Assembly: GCF_009914755.1 (NCBI RefSeq)
Contig: NC_060928.1
Strand: one strand, 5' to 3'
Length of the DNA stretch: 64,000 bases
Source: the human T2T-CHM13v2.0 reference genome, Homo sapiens
Part shown: positions 28,817-43,777 of the stretch, one piece after another
Layout of the letters: every line of letters starts with the position of its first letter
Position numbering within the stretch: the first letter of the stretch is position 1
Program-made: the position numbers and the translations under genes
The notes under the pieces: model-generated
The model's database searches: none
Told to the model about the DNA's origin: nothing
What the model saw: only the letters and a program-made list of their open reading frames with translations

Positions 28817-29229
28817 TATCTCAGTCCTCATTTGCATTGCTGTAAAGGAATACCTGAGGCTGGGTAATTTATAAAGAAAAGAGGTTTATTTTGTTCACAA
28901 TTCTGCAGAATGTATGAGAAACATGGAGACAGCATCTGCTTCTAGCGAGGGCCTCAGGAAGCTTTCACTTATGGTGGAAGGGGAAGGAAATAAGACATCA
29001 CATGGCAAGAGCAAGGAAGAAGAGAGTGAGGAGGGAGGTGCCAGACTCTCTTTAACAGCCAGTTCTTTCAGGAGCTAAGATGACAAATCACCCTACCCGG
29101 TGAGGGCCCCAAGCTATTCATGAGGCACCTGCCCTCACAGTGCAAACACCTTCCATTAGGCCCTACTGCAACATTGAGAATCGACTTTCAAAATGAGATT
29201 TGGAGAGGACAAACATCCAAACTCTATCA
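28817..29229 (-). mobile_element. MSTB-like MaLR solo LTR
   Basis: MST consensus match; exact 5-bp TSD ggctc (28812-28816 and 29230-29234). Confidence 0.92.
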
Positions 29230-31288
29230 GGCTCTATCCAGCTAAAACCTAAAAAGAGGGGCATTGCCCTTCTAAGATGTCAGTAGCAGCTTAGGCTGAA
29301 ATCCTATGTTAGTGCTACTAAAAATACAAAATATTCTCCTCTCTGGTCACAAGCATAGAATGATTTGTTTCAACCAGGTCATCCCAGCGTAGAATTAAGA
29401 AGTAAAATCATTAATAAGAAAACATCCATTTCACTGAAGGGAAAAAAACCACAGTAACTTATGACAAGATTTCATTGAGGTTCATTGCTAGAGTGCTGTG
29501 ATTCATCAGTCAATAAAAAAGTGAATAATCAGATGAGAGATGCTTACCTTATTCAGGCCCAGTGACCATTTAGAGACCTTGATGTGTATTTCCAAGAGGG
29601 TGAGGAATATAGAAAACAGCATTTGACACCTGCTTTGAGAATTCCTCACTATCAGCAGCATAGAGGAGACAGTCTTCATTGAGAATATCATGTAATAACA
29701 GAGTCTGGCAAAGCATTTCCAGTCAGATCAAATATGGACCCTGCAGAAAGGAGGTAGAAAGGGCAGTCTTGAGCCCACCAAAAAGGGCAGCCTGGAGGAA
29801 TAAGGTGACCCCAACCAATGGAAGGGATGATGGCAAGAAAGGGCCTTAGAGTTAAGTTGTAAGTGGCGGAAATGATGAGTCATTACGTAGACCAAGAAAA
29901 CTGGAATTAAAAGAAATGACAGAAATACATCAGATAATATCCCAAATAAGACATGGCATAAAAGAGTCAGCCATATCCAAAGAACACTTGGACCAAATTA
30001 AAACTGTAGGATGAGCAGAGATGTTCTAGGCAGAGAACCAGGAAAAGGGAGTCCTAGCAAAGGAAAACATTAGGTGTAAAGACATAAAGACATGAAACCC
30101 GCATGGTATAATCAGGGAACGTCGTGGGTCTCAGGCCAGCTGCAGAGAGGAGTATTTGGTTCCGAGACGTAGATGATGATAATAAAGAGGTAAAAATCAA
30201 ACTTTAAATGGCCTTATTCTTCAGGCAGCAAGTAGCCCAGCAGTGGCAAAATTAGCTTCCATATTTACATGTTCCCGTGTAAATGTGGAATTGATCTCAA
30301 AGACATTTGCTATCTAACAGCCTGACAGGCTTATTCTCCATGTTCTGAGGAAATAGAGCTTGTGTAAGTTTCTCTTACTCTCTCTGGTATGGGCTGCCAG
30401 GTTGTCACACTTATCTAGTTCCTAAAAATATGATCGGCAATTTTGAGGATGAGAACTAAAGAAAGTAGCTGTAAGATTGATAGTCATCTTCCCTTTTAAC
30501 AGGTCCCTCTTTTATTTTATAACTTCTCTTGGAAAAAAAAACACATTTAAGAAAGCAGAAAATATTTAGTGGAAAAGGAGAGAAAAGGGGCTAAGTAAAG
30601 AAGAGATGAAAGACACAACAAAACAAAAATCAACTTTAGAAAAAAGAAAAACCAGGACTAAGAGAAGAGAAGAAACACAAGCTAGAAAGAAGTGATAGAT
30701 ATTAACTAAAATTTGGCAAGTAATTAGTAGGACACTTGGGCCAGGAGGGTAGAGAAAGAAAAAAATAAAGCAGGCAAGCAAAAAAGCTTAATAAAGGAGT
30801 ATAAATATAATGTTGATCAAGAATATTTCATTATAATACATTGTTAATTTACACTGCATTATGAAATACTTGGCCAACAGCACATACAGTACTTAGGTGC
30901 TGCCTTTGTGACTCTTACAGCTATAATATTAGTGGGAAATTAGAGAATTTATATTTTTTTCTTATATCTAAAAGGGCAGATAAACAGTGAGGTGGGTAAT
31001 GTTTGCAAGTTTACAACTGGTCAGTGCTGATAGGAAAACCCTGCTTCCTGATGCCATCTTTATAGTTACACAAATAAACCTCTCAGCAAATGTTTGTTGT
31101 TGGAAGTGAAGTGATAACACGAAGGCACAAAGTAAATCAACGGGAAACACATAAATAGAACTCAAGATTCCTGACTTGCATTTTTAATCATGGCTCTGCA
31201 CAGTTGTTCTCACATGCATAAAAGACAATAAAATCACTTGAAGGAGACTTCTTCCTGCTTCCTCATGATGCAGCACCTTAATTTAGTG

Positions 31289-31793
<505 letters not shown>

Positions 31794-34700
31794 CCATTGA
31801 TCTAGTGGAAATAGAATAGATCAGGCTGCAGCAGGTAACAGATCTAGCTCCATCACAATGAATGGGGTGACCTGAGACAAACCCAGTTTTGTTACACTCC
31901 ATTTCTTCATCTGTCTAGTGCCCTTTTACATGACCAAGATAAAGCTGTGAGTTTTATCAAAGTGGTAAGTAATGACAAAGATGATTATCAAAGCAAGTCA
32001 AATCTGGAAAGGTGTTTGTCCACAGTAGTCATTGATACAGGGAGTTTGGTGAAGGAATAAAAGGAATATAATAGGAATAAAAGTTATTGCTTGGGGAACT
32101 CTCATCATTACTAAGAGCAAATGGCCCAGCAAGTGTGGAAACTGAAGAATGAGGAACAAGACTGATGGCACTGGGAACAGTAGCAGAGTGGAATTGGATT
32201 CACGGAAAAAAAAAGAGTGGTGGGTAGATAGAATTCAGGTAGAGCTAAGGCTGGAACTCTACCTATGTGCTAGAGCAGCCTCTTTAGGCAGAGCTTGATG
32301 CCTGTTTGGAGGGTCAGCACAGCACCTGATACAGACACAGATTGGAGAATTTTACCCATAGTGTCTCGGATGTCACACTTGCATTTCGTGTTTTATTTCA
32401 AAAAGTATTTTAAAAAATGTGAGGCACTGGCCTGGGCACCTTATTATCTTAGACCACTTATTACATGTCCGAAACATTGGTATTCTTATTTGAAAAAAAT
32501 GAGGCAATATCTTTTGAATAATCTAATGTATATAAAATGAGCTACAACAGAGGTTGAATCGTGGTAGGTTCTTGATAAAAACTATATATACATTTCCTTC
32601 TTGGGAAGTACAATGGTAATAAACATAACGCTTTCTCCCAGTAGCTTATATGAAAGGGGTGACAGTAGAGGAAAGGAATAGTTATTGAGTGCTTTCATAG
32701 CATACCACGCATGCATGTCATTTTCAGTCTTTACACACTTCTATGAAGTAAATATTTTTATCCTGTTTTAATGAATGAAAAAAATGAGATCCAGAGAGAG
32801 CAAATATATCACCTAATACTCATAAATAATTAAATAAGCTGAAAGTCACACCGTTATAGGTGACCCCAAAGTTTCTGCTGTTTCACTTACAGCACATCTC
32901 TACTCTCTAAAAGCCATCCCGGTAGTACCAAATGGGTTAGTTTATTTACAAAAAATAAACACGCTACAAAATAGAAGATGTTAATATTATTTCAAAGTCA
33001 GGAAGAGAAAAGCAAACCTGACAGTTGGGAAGCAATTTGGGATTCCAAATATATCATTACTCATAACTTTAAAGGAATGTTTTGCTATTATGTTTGCTTG
33101 TGAAAGTATCCAAACAATTCCAAAAACATTTGAAGCAGGCATCAAATATTTGAAAAGCCTCCACATTTTACAAAAGGAGTTGGCAAGCTTTTTAAATGTG
33201 GACTCTCTATCCAACTTTGCCACCTGAAGAAGGTGGACAAGTTTCCAATTGATGAAAATGCTAACAATAATGATTTTCTTTACTTAAAATGTGCAGAATA
33301 ATTTCTGAACTCGTAAGACTGTCATAAGTACCCAAATGAACTATTCCTTCTAATCGACAAAGCAATTACTTATTTCTTAAGAATGAGAGAAATGTACCTT
33401 CATGAATTAGACAGGTTGTCCTACCGGGTGCTGACAAGAGACAGGCAAAAATAAATCTTTTTTTATCATAGTTACTGTAATAATACATTTTCTGAAAACT
33501 ATTTTTTAACCCAAGAACCACCGAAAAATGATAATCATTGAGCCCTTCTTACACATTTGAAGAAGCTCATATATCATAAGTCTAACGTTTGGTCTTTTCT
33601 TCCATTGTCTTCCTTGGGAAAAAGAGAAAGTTGAATGAATCTGAGCAGTTGCTTACAATTGTGCTACTTCAAATTGCCAAATCTTAGTCTTTGACATTTT
33701 ATCATTGTCATGCATTGGAGAAAAATGCTCCTTAATAGGGTAGTATTTAAAATAAGAAGCCACGACCTTGTCATTATTATTAGTACAATGGAACCAGGCA
33801 CGCTAGAATCAGCCATCCAAGCTATGGAGGGGCTGGAAGTTAATTACATTACCTTAGACAATAAGTTGGTCTTCGTGGTTCCAGTTATCTCTGCACACAG
33901 TTGGCTCAATTTTTTGTTGTTGTGTAATGTCCCATTAATCACAGTTACATTTGTTCCCTGCCGTGTGATTCATCATCCTTTCCCCCTGAAACGACTTCCA
34001 TTCTCCAGGACTCAAGATAAACCACTAATTTAAAGTGGCAGTGACCAACCTTGGCTATCACAATGGCATAGTTTGACTGAGGAGAGTCAATGGCAGCGCA
34101 CACAGACTCCAGGCATTTCAGTCAATTCAAATTATCCCTTGTGATTGGGTTCAGGCACGGGGATAGAGATCAGGTGTGACAATTATAGGACAAACTCTTG
34201 AAATGAAGCTGAAGGTGTGTTTGTCTTTGAAACTTATCCGAGCACATTCATTTGAAAAAGATGACAGAGCAAAGTACGTGGAGAGGGAGCAAAGTATAGT
34301 GAAAAAAATCATGGGCTAAGTTTGGGGAGAAATATATTCTCACTTTAGCTTTGAATAAAGATATCTGTGTGACCTTGAGCAAGTCACTTTATCACCTGGT
34401 CTCTCTTAAAAATTGGGAACTTGGAACAGGTGATGTATTTACGTGGTGTTACTATTTTTCCTTTTCCTGGACTCTGATTTTTTAAATTTGAGAATTAGCA
34501 TAGAGAGGCTTCCTTTTAATAAAATATCAACAAAAAGTATTATATGAAGCATTTTGAAGTGTTTCTAATGATTAAAATATTGATTATTGGGAGGATAAAT
34601 CTATCCCTGTTCTCAGCTGTATATTACAGATCTTTCTCCTTATCAAGACCAGACTTCAACATTCAGCAGGCTATTATTTATTTTCATTTTATCTCCTGCT

Positions 34701-35824
34701 AATTCTAACTTCGCCAAATGGCCACAAATATCTCCTAACTCTCTAATTAATTACTTTGTACAATTTTGTAGCCTAAGAAAAAAACTCTTGTATGATTCCC
34801 TCCAAGGTATTTCTGGAGTTTGGGTGAGAGGACCTATTAAATAGCTCAAGTAGCCAACCCCATAAGCAAATTTCTGGAGACTTAATCTATTGACAGAAAG
34901 TTTGGAATTATAAACTAATCATTATTTTATCAAATTAATAGTTTCATATAAATATGATACATGGGTTAATTCCTTTTAATTAATTAATTAATCACATCAG
35001 TTCTGAACTTAAGATGAAGCCTTTCAGAAATATTGCTCCTCTGATTCTGTTCCTTGTGCTGGTCAAATTCAGTAATTTATGGTAACATGACACCTTGTAT
35101 TGTCATTATTATTTCTTTTTGGTTTCAGTTTGCTTGTTTTTTGTTAGCGAAGTTCTTAAGACGGAGTTTTGATCTCACACATTTGAAGATAGTTTCTTGC
35201 ATAATCCCTAGACAGAGCACTCAATAAATGTTCCTGGCAAGAAATGTGTTGTCCAGTGAAGCTTGATCAAATACCATGTATTTTCCACCCGTGCAGCCCC
35301 TCCTTCAGGTCTTATGAAGAGCTCCCAATTGCTAGTTGGTTGATTTTAGGGAACTAATAAGAGCCAAAATCACATATTTTCTAATGTGTACTACTGACCA
35401 TACACATCAATATTAAACTTCACAATATCAATGTAAAGTAGCTGCCTCCACTTGCTTTTTATAGATCGGAAAACCAAGACGTAAAAAGGTTAAATTATGT
35501 TTGTGAAACTGTATACCTGCAATAAATGAGTTGAGAGCCACACCCAGGCTATTTGTCCCCAATGTGTATGTACTTCCTATTACGTAGTGCTTCCTACATC
35601 ACATAAACTAGTGAGTTTATGATTACCGGGAATCATAGACTTAATCTACGTGAGACCCTGAGGAAATCACTTGGCATGTCCCTCTATTACAGACAATATG
35701 TCAGCTACCATAAGATTTTCAATTAAGACCTGATTAAGATGAAAGTGAACATGGGAAATATTTAGAACAAACAAGAATAGGCTTTTTGTGGCTTTTAAAA
35801 AACTATCAGTACTTTCATAAAGAT

Positions 35825-36046
35825 GAATTCTTCTCAACCAGGGACAATTTTATGCTTCACAGGATATTTGGCCATATTTGTGGACATTTTGGTTTTTGAA
35901 GTTATTGCAACTGCAGTAATGCTATTGGTATCTAGCATGTAGAGGCCAGGGATGCTTTTAAACATCCTACAATGCACAGGAGAGCCCCTCACAACAATTA
36001 ATTACCTGGCTCAAAATGTCACTTGTGTCAAAGTTGGAAAACCCTG
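35825..36046 (+). mobile_element. MER20 DNA transposon
   Basis: 'ttctcaaccagggacaatttt...gtagaggccagggatgct...catcctacaatgcacagg...aaccctg'. Confidence 0.88.
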
Positions 36047-36329
36047 ATATAGACAGATAGTAATTAAAAAATATAATTGGAAAAAAATGGGTACCCATTA
36101 ACAATAACAACAAAAGCTATAAAGTACATAAAGACAAATACAATAAAAATGGGCAGGCTCTTTATTGAACACTTAATAAAACATCATTATAGGATGTGTT
36201 TAGAAAAAAGAGAGAAAAATATATAACTCATTCATTGAAGGGGAAAGTTCAATAATGTAAAGATGCTAAAACTCTACAAATTAATCTCTGCAGCCACTGA
36301 GATCCCATACTATTACTTTCTGAAACACT

Positions 36330-37170
36330 GAAATAGGCTGAGGAAGTATGTGAGGTAGCAAGAAGATTATTTTAGTGGGGGTAGAGAGAACAAAGGGTAG
36401 CTCCCAAAACTTGGGACCTTGTAGAACATTGTAAGAACTTTGACTTTCCTCTTAGTGAGAAAAGATAACATTGGATGATTGCTGCAGATGTGATTGTTTT
36501 TAAAAAGCTCAGTCATGTGGCTATGTGGAAAATAGTTTGTGAGTTATGTTGTGAGAGGGGCAATCAGGACTGAAGCAAAGCAACAGCTAGCTTGCGATTG
36601 CAGCAGAATACACTTAAGCAGTGGTGCTGTTTTTTCTTAGGAGGTGACAGTGAAGATTATGGAAATTGATCAGCGAGGAGACAACTGAGGGTAAAGCTAA
36701 AAGCATTCACTGTGTGATGAATTGTCTGTAAATATTTGGAGGGAAATTAGACCGAAATGATTTTAAGTTTTTGCCTTGTAAACCAAAAGTTAGGACTCGC
36801 CATTTACTCAGATGGAGATAACTGAGATAGGAGTAGATTTGAGTGCAGGTAGAAAAGAAGACTTGAAGTTTGGATGCGAAGTTTGAGATGTGTATTAGAC
36901 ATTGGATAGATTATCAGAGACCACTAGATACATGAGTGTCAGTTCATGAGAACAATCAGGACTTAAGATACACATTTTGGAGTCATCAGGGTTAAAGCAG
37001 CACATAAGCACATTCAGATGACCTGGAGTAAAACCTGACAAAGAACAGTTTATGAACTAAGACTTAGAACATTTTAATATTTAAAGATCTGAAAAAAATA
37101 CTGAAAATGCACAGTGTACAGTGACACTAGGAGAAAAATAATGATGACATAAAAGCTAAAGTGTAAATAG
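36330..37170 (-). mobile_element. L2 LINE fragment flanked by L1ME-like pieces
   Basis: 'gtaagaactttgacttt', 'gccatttactcagatgg', 'aagtttgagatg', 'ttttggagtcatcag'. Confidence 0.7.
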
Positions 37171-38664
37171 AATATAATTTCCAGTGTGATTGATAAAAGT
37201 TTTGCCAGCAATGGGACTAGTTCCCCAGATTAATAAAATATTTTAAATAACATCCAAAAGATAAAAACCACTTTAAAGAATATGCCATTAAAAATTCAAA
37301 ATTTGGCTAACTAATCTTAAAGTGATAAATATTTCTGCTTTTATTATATTAGCAAAATTAAAAAAAGAAAACAATTCATAATCCCTCAAAGAGGGAAAGA
37401 CTGAACAAGCAATAATTTAGTAAGCTAAAGATAACTATAGAATAATATTTTTCAAGAATATTAAGTGATCTAGACATATTCAAATAATGTACTAAAGAGA
37501 TAGAAAATAATATATAAATAATATGATGTCAATTTTATTAAATTATAAATGCACATATAAATAAAAGTAAAAATATGCATATAATGCCTGGTTATAAGGT
37601 AACATAAGAGAACACGGGATAAAATGAAAGACAACAGCACATTGACAGTTAAATTATGCATATATTTAAATTTTCATATTTACTTTTATGGTATTTTATA
37701 AATTTTTGTAATCTGAATATAGTCTTACTGTATTTTAACATAACAACACTATAAAAATAAACTATATTATCATGGGTACAAAATGTGTTACTTTTTATCT
37801 TTTGTCTACAAAGCTATTTACGTCATCACAAATAATTCAAGCTGTGTCCCAGGTAATATTCTGTTTGAATAATCTTCCTGTGTCTTTTGTGTGGTGCTCT
37901 GCCCACTGCCAAAACAGTTATGAACATTTTATGTGTCTGCTACATTTTTTCAGAAAATATGTGCTCACACTTTAAGAAATGCCTTTCAGTGATGAACTCA
38001 CCCTGTGGGAATAACTAAAGTAAAGGATGAGAGGAAATCGCCCCTGTGTGCTGGCCACCAATACTTGATTACAGCAACTACTCATATCCTCCCTCTTTCT
38101 ACTGTCATGAAACCACTTCAGTGAGAAACAGTGGCTCTTTCCCATCCCTCCTTCCAAAAATAATGTTTGCATGACTGATGTAATAGAATTGAGAGTCCAT
38201 ATTAAGCTGATATATTTAGGGTGAATTGATTTTTGATAAAGGTTTTAAGACAATTCAATGGGAGAAAGAAAAGTCTTTTTAACAAATGGTGCAGGCACAA
38301 CTGAATATTCATGTGCAGAGAAATGAAGTCGGACCTCCCCCTCGTACTATACACAAAAGCTTAATCAAAAGCAATGTAGGAACCAAAACTACACAATTAA
38401 TTTTTTTAAAATAAAGGTGAATAAGCGTATGTGACCTTGGATTACAAACTGAATTTTGGTTATGACACCGAAGTCAACAGCAAAAATGGGAAAAAAGAAA
38501 TAGAAACCAAGTTTAAAAAAAAATTTGCTTCAAAGGATGACATCAAGAAAGTAAAAATATAATTCATAAAATTGAAGACTGCATTTGCAAATCATATATT
38601 TAATAAGGGTCTAGTGTCCAGAATATTTAAAGAACCTTTACAACATGAGAATAAAAGATATTAC

Positions 38665-39075
38665 AACTATATCACTTTGTGAAAAAGGCAAAACTAGTAG
38701 AGCTAGTACAAAGAACAGTAGTTGCCAGGGGCTAGTGGGGAGTGAGGAATGAATTAGCGGAGCTTGCAGAATTTTTATGGAAGTAAAAATATTCTGAATA
38801 CTATAAGGGTGAGTATCTGTCATTATACATTTGTCCAAAACCATAGAATGTACAACACCAAGAGTGAACTGTAATGTGAACTGTGGACTTTGGCTGACAA
38901 CCATGTGTCAATGCAGGTTTGTCAGTTGGAATAAACATTATATGCCTTTTGGGGTGTTGCTAACAGGGGAGACAATCCATGTGTGGGAACAGGATATACA
39001 GGAAATCTCTGTACCTTCCTCTCAATTTTGCTGTGACCCAGAGGCTTATATTAAAAAATAAAATCTTTAAAAATG
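38665..39075 (+). mobile_element. L1MC1/2-like 3' end nested in the L1MB-like element
   Basis: 'cattatacatttgtccaaaaccatagaatgtacaacaccaagagtgaac...gaaatctctgtaccttcctctcaattttgctgtga'. Confidence 0.75.
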
Positions 39076-39824
39076 GAATTTAAAAAAATAAAGAGACAAA
39101 TTACCCAGTTTTTTTAAAAAATGTGAATGTTTAGATAGACATTTCTCCAAAGAAAATATACTAACGGCCAAGAAGCACAGGTAAGGAAGCTTAATATCAG
39201 TAGTCATCATGGAAATGCAAATCAAAGCTGAAATGAGATACCATTTCACACATAGTAGGATGACCATAATCAAAAAGGTGGACAATGACATGTGTTATTA
39301 TAGACAGGATGTAGAGAATTTGGAGCCCGCATACATTCCTGGTTGAAATAAAAAAAAAACGTGCAGTCACTTTGGGAAACAGTTCAAAAGTTCCTCAAAA
39401 TATTATCCATAGAGTTACTACATGACCCAGAAATTGCAATTGTTCATGTATACACAAAAGAAGTTAAAGCATTCATCCATAAAAATCTCATACACAAATA
39501 TTCAGATCAGTATTATTCATAATGGCTAAAAACAGAAACAAGCCGAAGTCATGTTTATCAAAGGATGAATGCGTAAACAAACATCCATAAAATAGAATAT
39601 TATTCAGCCTTAAAAATAATGAAGTACTGATGAATGCTATAACATGTATGAACCATGAAACCATTATTATAAATGAAAAAACCAGACATGAAAGGTCACA
39701 TATTGTATGATTCCGTTCATATAAACTCTTCTGAATAGGTAAATCCTTTGTGACAGAAAGTAGATTAGTGGTTTTGCAGAGGCTGGGAGAGGAAGTAATG
39801 GAGTGTGACATTAATGAGGACAGC

Positions 39825-40129
39825 TTTTTTTTCTTTTTTTCTTTTTTGAGATGGAGTTTCACTCTGCCCCCCAGGCTAGAGTGTAGTGGTGCAATTCAGC
39901 TCACTGCAACCTCGGCCCTCCAGGTTCAAGTGATTCTTGTGTCTCAGCCTCCTGAGTAGCTGGGACTATAGGAGTGTGCCAGCATGCCCGGCTAAATTTT
40001 GTATTTTTAGTAGAGACGGGGTTTCGCCATGTTGGTTAGGCTGGTCTTGAACTCCTGACCTCAGGTGATCCACCCACCTTGGTCTCCCAAAGTGCTGGGA
40101 TTACAGGTTGTGAGCCACTGAGCCAGGCC
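39825..40129 (-). mobile_element. AluS (Sx/Sz/Sq-like)
   Basis: Full dimer; TSD tgaggacagc/tgagtacagc (39815-39824 and 40130-40139). Confidence 0.95.
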
Positions 40130-41000
40130 TGAGTACAGCATTTCTTTCTGGGACACTGAAAATGTTCTGGAATTAGATTATCGTGATGACTGCAAAACTT
40201 TGTGAACATTCTAAGAGCCACTGAGATGTCCCCTTTAAAAAGTAGAGTTGTTTTATATGTGAATTAAAATTAAAAGGAAAAGGGGATCTGCTTTATGTTT
40301 AAAGTATTCTAAAAATGCCATGGATACCACCATGAAGCCTGCTATATGATGCTGTAACTAGATGTCCTCTCCTCTTCTTGCTTTACTCAGCTTTGGGCTT
40401 TCAACAGACTTTCATGAAGGTGCATGTCGTTTGCTTATAGGATGCACAATGTAGATACACATTACTGGGTACACAATGAGTTGTCTAGAGAAAAGGTATT
40501 TCAATTACAAATATTGAGAAACTTTCAATTGTTCAAAGCATGAATATAAGTGGGTGAGATCTTTCTTGATGGAGTCAGCTTGGCCTTATGCTTTAACCCT
40601 ATTGTGTTCCATGAACCTGGATGACCATCACAAGCCATTATAGTCAATCCTGGATGCATCCCAGCTCCTTCTTAACTAAATGATACAATACACCCCAGCT
40701 GTTCTTTTATGCACTCTAGTTATCTTCTAATCTACAATCTTAAACCTAAAATAAATATCATTATATTCTAACTCATAATTATATTATAATTCAGGATAGC
40801 TGATTGAAATTAAATTTAAAATCAGTATATTCACGATTGTCTGTGATTTTTATTAATAAATAACAGAAACAATTTCTGTGAGATTTACAGATACAGGCCA
40901 TAACTGGCAAAGACATGTAAATGTGAGATTCCAGTGAGATATGTGCATGAATTATTCAAGACATTTGGTTTGCACTTTAATTGCACATCGATTTGAATGT

Positions 41001-41018
41001 TGTGTGTGTGTGTGTGTG
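41001..41018. repeat. (TG)n microsatellite
   Basis: Seen directly. Confidence 0.85.
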
Positions 41019-41113
41019 CTTATACTCTCACAATGATGACCATAGGCAGCATAATTATACACTTAGAATGGCCATAGCCGTTGGCAATGTGTAAGGTTTA
41101 TAATGTTGATCAC

Positions 41114-41549
41114 TGCTTTAGTAAGCTTTCATTAGATTATGCTATGATAATAAACAACCACTCCTCTATTTCAGTGGCTTCCAGCAACAAAAGTTTCTTT
41201 CCTGTATTACATCTTAGGAGCCGTAGTTTGCTGTGTTCTTCCCAGTCTCTTTCCACTCTGCAATCAAGCTTTAAAAACCAACCTTTGAGTGAGTCTCATG
41301 GTACAAGGAAAAGAAAACAATATCCACACCAGGCGAGGGTTCTGAAAGCTTCTGTTTGGATATGACAAGGTCACTTCCATTGCCTCTCCACTGAACACAA
41401 GTCACAGGGCCAACCTTGACATCAAAGGTGTGCAGCTGTCTACATCTACTAGACTGAGGCACCATAAGTCACATAAAAACACTTGGAATTGCAAATTATC
41501 TCACAGAAAGGAGAGAAACAAGTAAGGAAAACAAACAAAAAATGCCGCA
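41114..41549 (-). mobile_element. MLT1I/J-like MaLR LTR
   Basis: 'tagattatgctatgataataaacaacc...tcagtggctt...aagcttctg...gtcacttcca...caagtcacagggccaa'. Confidence 0.7.
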
Positions 41550-43139
41550 AATGTGCTATTGTCTCCAAAAGTCCAAAAGAATCAGTCTTTTACATACTTC
41601 TCGGCCTTGCAGACACTATTCCTCTTTCTAATAGCCTTCTGCCCTTTGCTACCTGACAACTTTTAGGAAGATTCATTTCCCTGATGAAAGTATTTAGTAC
41701 CTTTTTTGTCTTTCCATAATTGTATTCCCTAAGGCCCTATCATAATATTAACTATACGCTTGTGATGTATTTATTTTCAGTTACCTCTGCCTATAAACTA
41801 CTTAAGGCTGGGACTAGGGAATGTTCTCTTTGTTACCTAGGTTCTGAAACTGTAAATGTTCAGTGAATATTTATACATCAATGACAGAACATTCTCAAGA
41901 TCCATCACTGAGTGGACCATTTTATGTTTTATTTTATGACATTCTCTTTCTCCCTCTTCCCGCCCTTATTTCTAACTTTAACTAACATTGGTTGAGTGCC
42001 TTCTGTTTGGTCAACAATGTAGCATAAACAGAAGATGAATAATGCATTCTGCGTGTCATTCAGGGACCCAGAGTTAACTGTAAGATGGACATACTTGAAC
42101 AAGGAGTTAGATTAACCTTAATACAAAATGTCCAGGCTGGTGATCCTAACATGGACCCGGAATCTGACAGTCTTAATATTTTACCAGCAATTCAATTGCA
42201 GGGCTTTCTATATTCCAATTCAGAGAATTTTGAATGAAATTATTTTCACTGTAGAATGTCCAAAGGAATTCTAAAAAATTTACCTTCCTGCCAAAATTCT
42301 TTAGTTGTGTTTTATGGTAAACACACTTGATTTTATTGTCAGACAGCTGTCCTTTGTAGCTCATACAAGACAATCATTTCCTTATCTCTATATTTATTGT
42401 TTTCCAAACTGATCTGTTAGCTTTAAAAAAAACCCTCAGCTTATTATCACAGTGTGCATCAAATCACTATTATCATCTTAACACCAACACATTTCAGTTA
42501 TTACCAAGTTGTTGGTTGTTAAATAATAATTTATACTATAAATGTTAACAGTGTGTCACATCCCAGAAGGGCTCATTTGAATGTGATTAAAATAAGAACT
42601 AGTCATCTGAATTAATGTACTCTCTGGTTGAGATTAGGAAGAGAAATAGAAACACTTTTTCTAGACAGATGAAGTTCTGTGAGAACAAAAAGTGCCTTTG
42701 CAGTAACACCATTTCAGAAATAATGAAATATCTATGAGTTTGGTATTCTGTTCAAACCATACAAATCCACTAGGGAAAAGGTAAAGAGCTAATCTTTACT
42801 GGTGTAACAGAATTTGATGTTTTCTATAAAACAGGATTTTTCCATGACATAGGTTGATTGGGCCTGTAGACTAAAAAGAGTTAGCTAATAATCCAATAGT
42901 CCACCATATTAGATGTTTTTGAGAAAAACAATGGACTCAGTTCTCTGAACTGATTAAATTATTATCCTTGGAGTAAACTCCACTCTTTCCATCCCCCTTT
43001 TAACTCCCTCTGGTTGTAGAGAGTTTGTTGCATAGATTCCGAATGTCACACTTCAGAAGAAATCTTAAACAATCACTGCCTCCCAGAGATAGTAAACGAA
43101 ATTGAGCGGGTGTTGAAAACATGGCAGGTCAGCAGCAAT

Positions 43140-43520
43140 ATATTAACTACCAAGTGTTGCATAAAAATGTACTTCAAAACATGGAGGATTGAAGCCAAAT
43201 ATGTTTCATTATCACAAGTAGAGTCTATGGGTCAGGCATTGGGAGTTCCTCAGCTGAGCATTTCTGTCTCAGGGCTTTTCATGAGCTTGAAGTCAAGATA
43301 CTGGCCAGACTTGAGTCAGCTAAAGGCTTGCCTTGATGAAGAGAAAGAATGCACTTCCATGATGACTCAACCACAGGGACAGGCACTACTGGCCAGTTGT
43401 TGGTAGGACTTCCAATGTGAGCCATTCCACAGGACTGTTTTAATGCCCTTATAACATGGATTTCTCCAAAGCAAATGATGCAAGAGAAAGTAAGACAGAC
43501 TATTGTAAAGATTGTTTCTT
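43140..43520 (-). mobile_element. MLT1F/G-like MaLR LTR fragment
   Basis: 'tctatgggtcaggcattggga...cagctg...gtcaagat...cacttccatgatgactca'. Confidence 0.6.
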
Positions 43521-43558
43521 TCAAATTATTCATATAATCAGTATAATCAGGATTTAAC

Positions 43559-43777
43559 TAGAGTGTCTCTGTCTTGGCATTATTGACATGTTGGGCCAGA
43601 ACAATTATTTGTTGTGGGGAACCATCCAATGCATTATAGAGTATTTAGCATTATTCCTGGCTTCTACCCATGAGATGCCAGTAGCACTCTCTGCTCTCCA
43701 ATTGTGACAACCAAATTGTCTCCAGACATCGGCAAGTGTGCCCTGGGAGAAAATGACCCCAAGTTACGAGCCGCTTG
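43559..43777 (-). mobile_element. MER20 DNA transposon
   Basis: 'ggcattattgacatgttgggccag...gatgccagtagcac...tgtgacaaccaaa...tgtctccagacat'. Confidence 0.88.

Larger units (their letters stand above)
38185..40270 (+). mobile_element. L1MB7/8-like ORF2 end and 3' UTR, interrupted by an L1MC fragment and an Alu
   Basis: 'tcaatgggagaaag...aacaaatggtg', 'gacatttctccaaagaa', 'gaaaatgttctggaattagat'. Confidence 0.8.
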
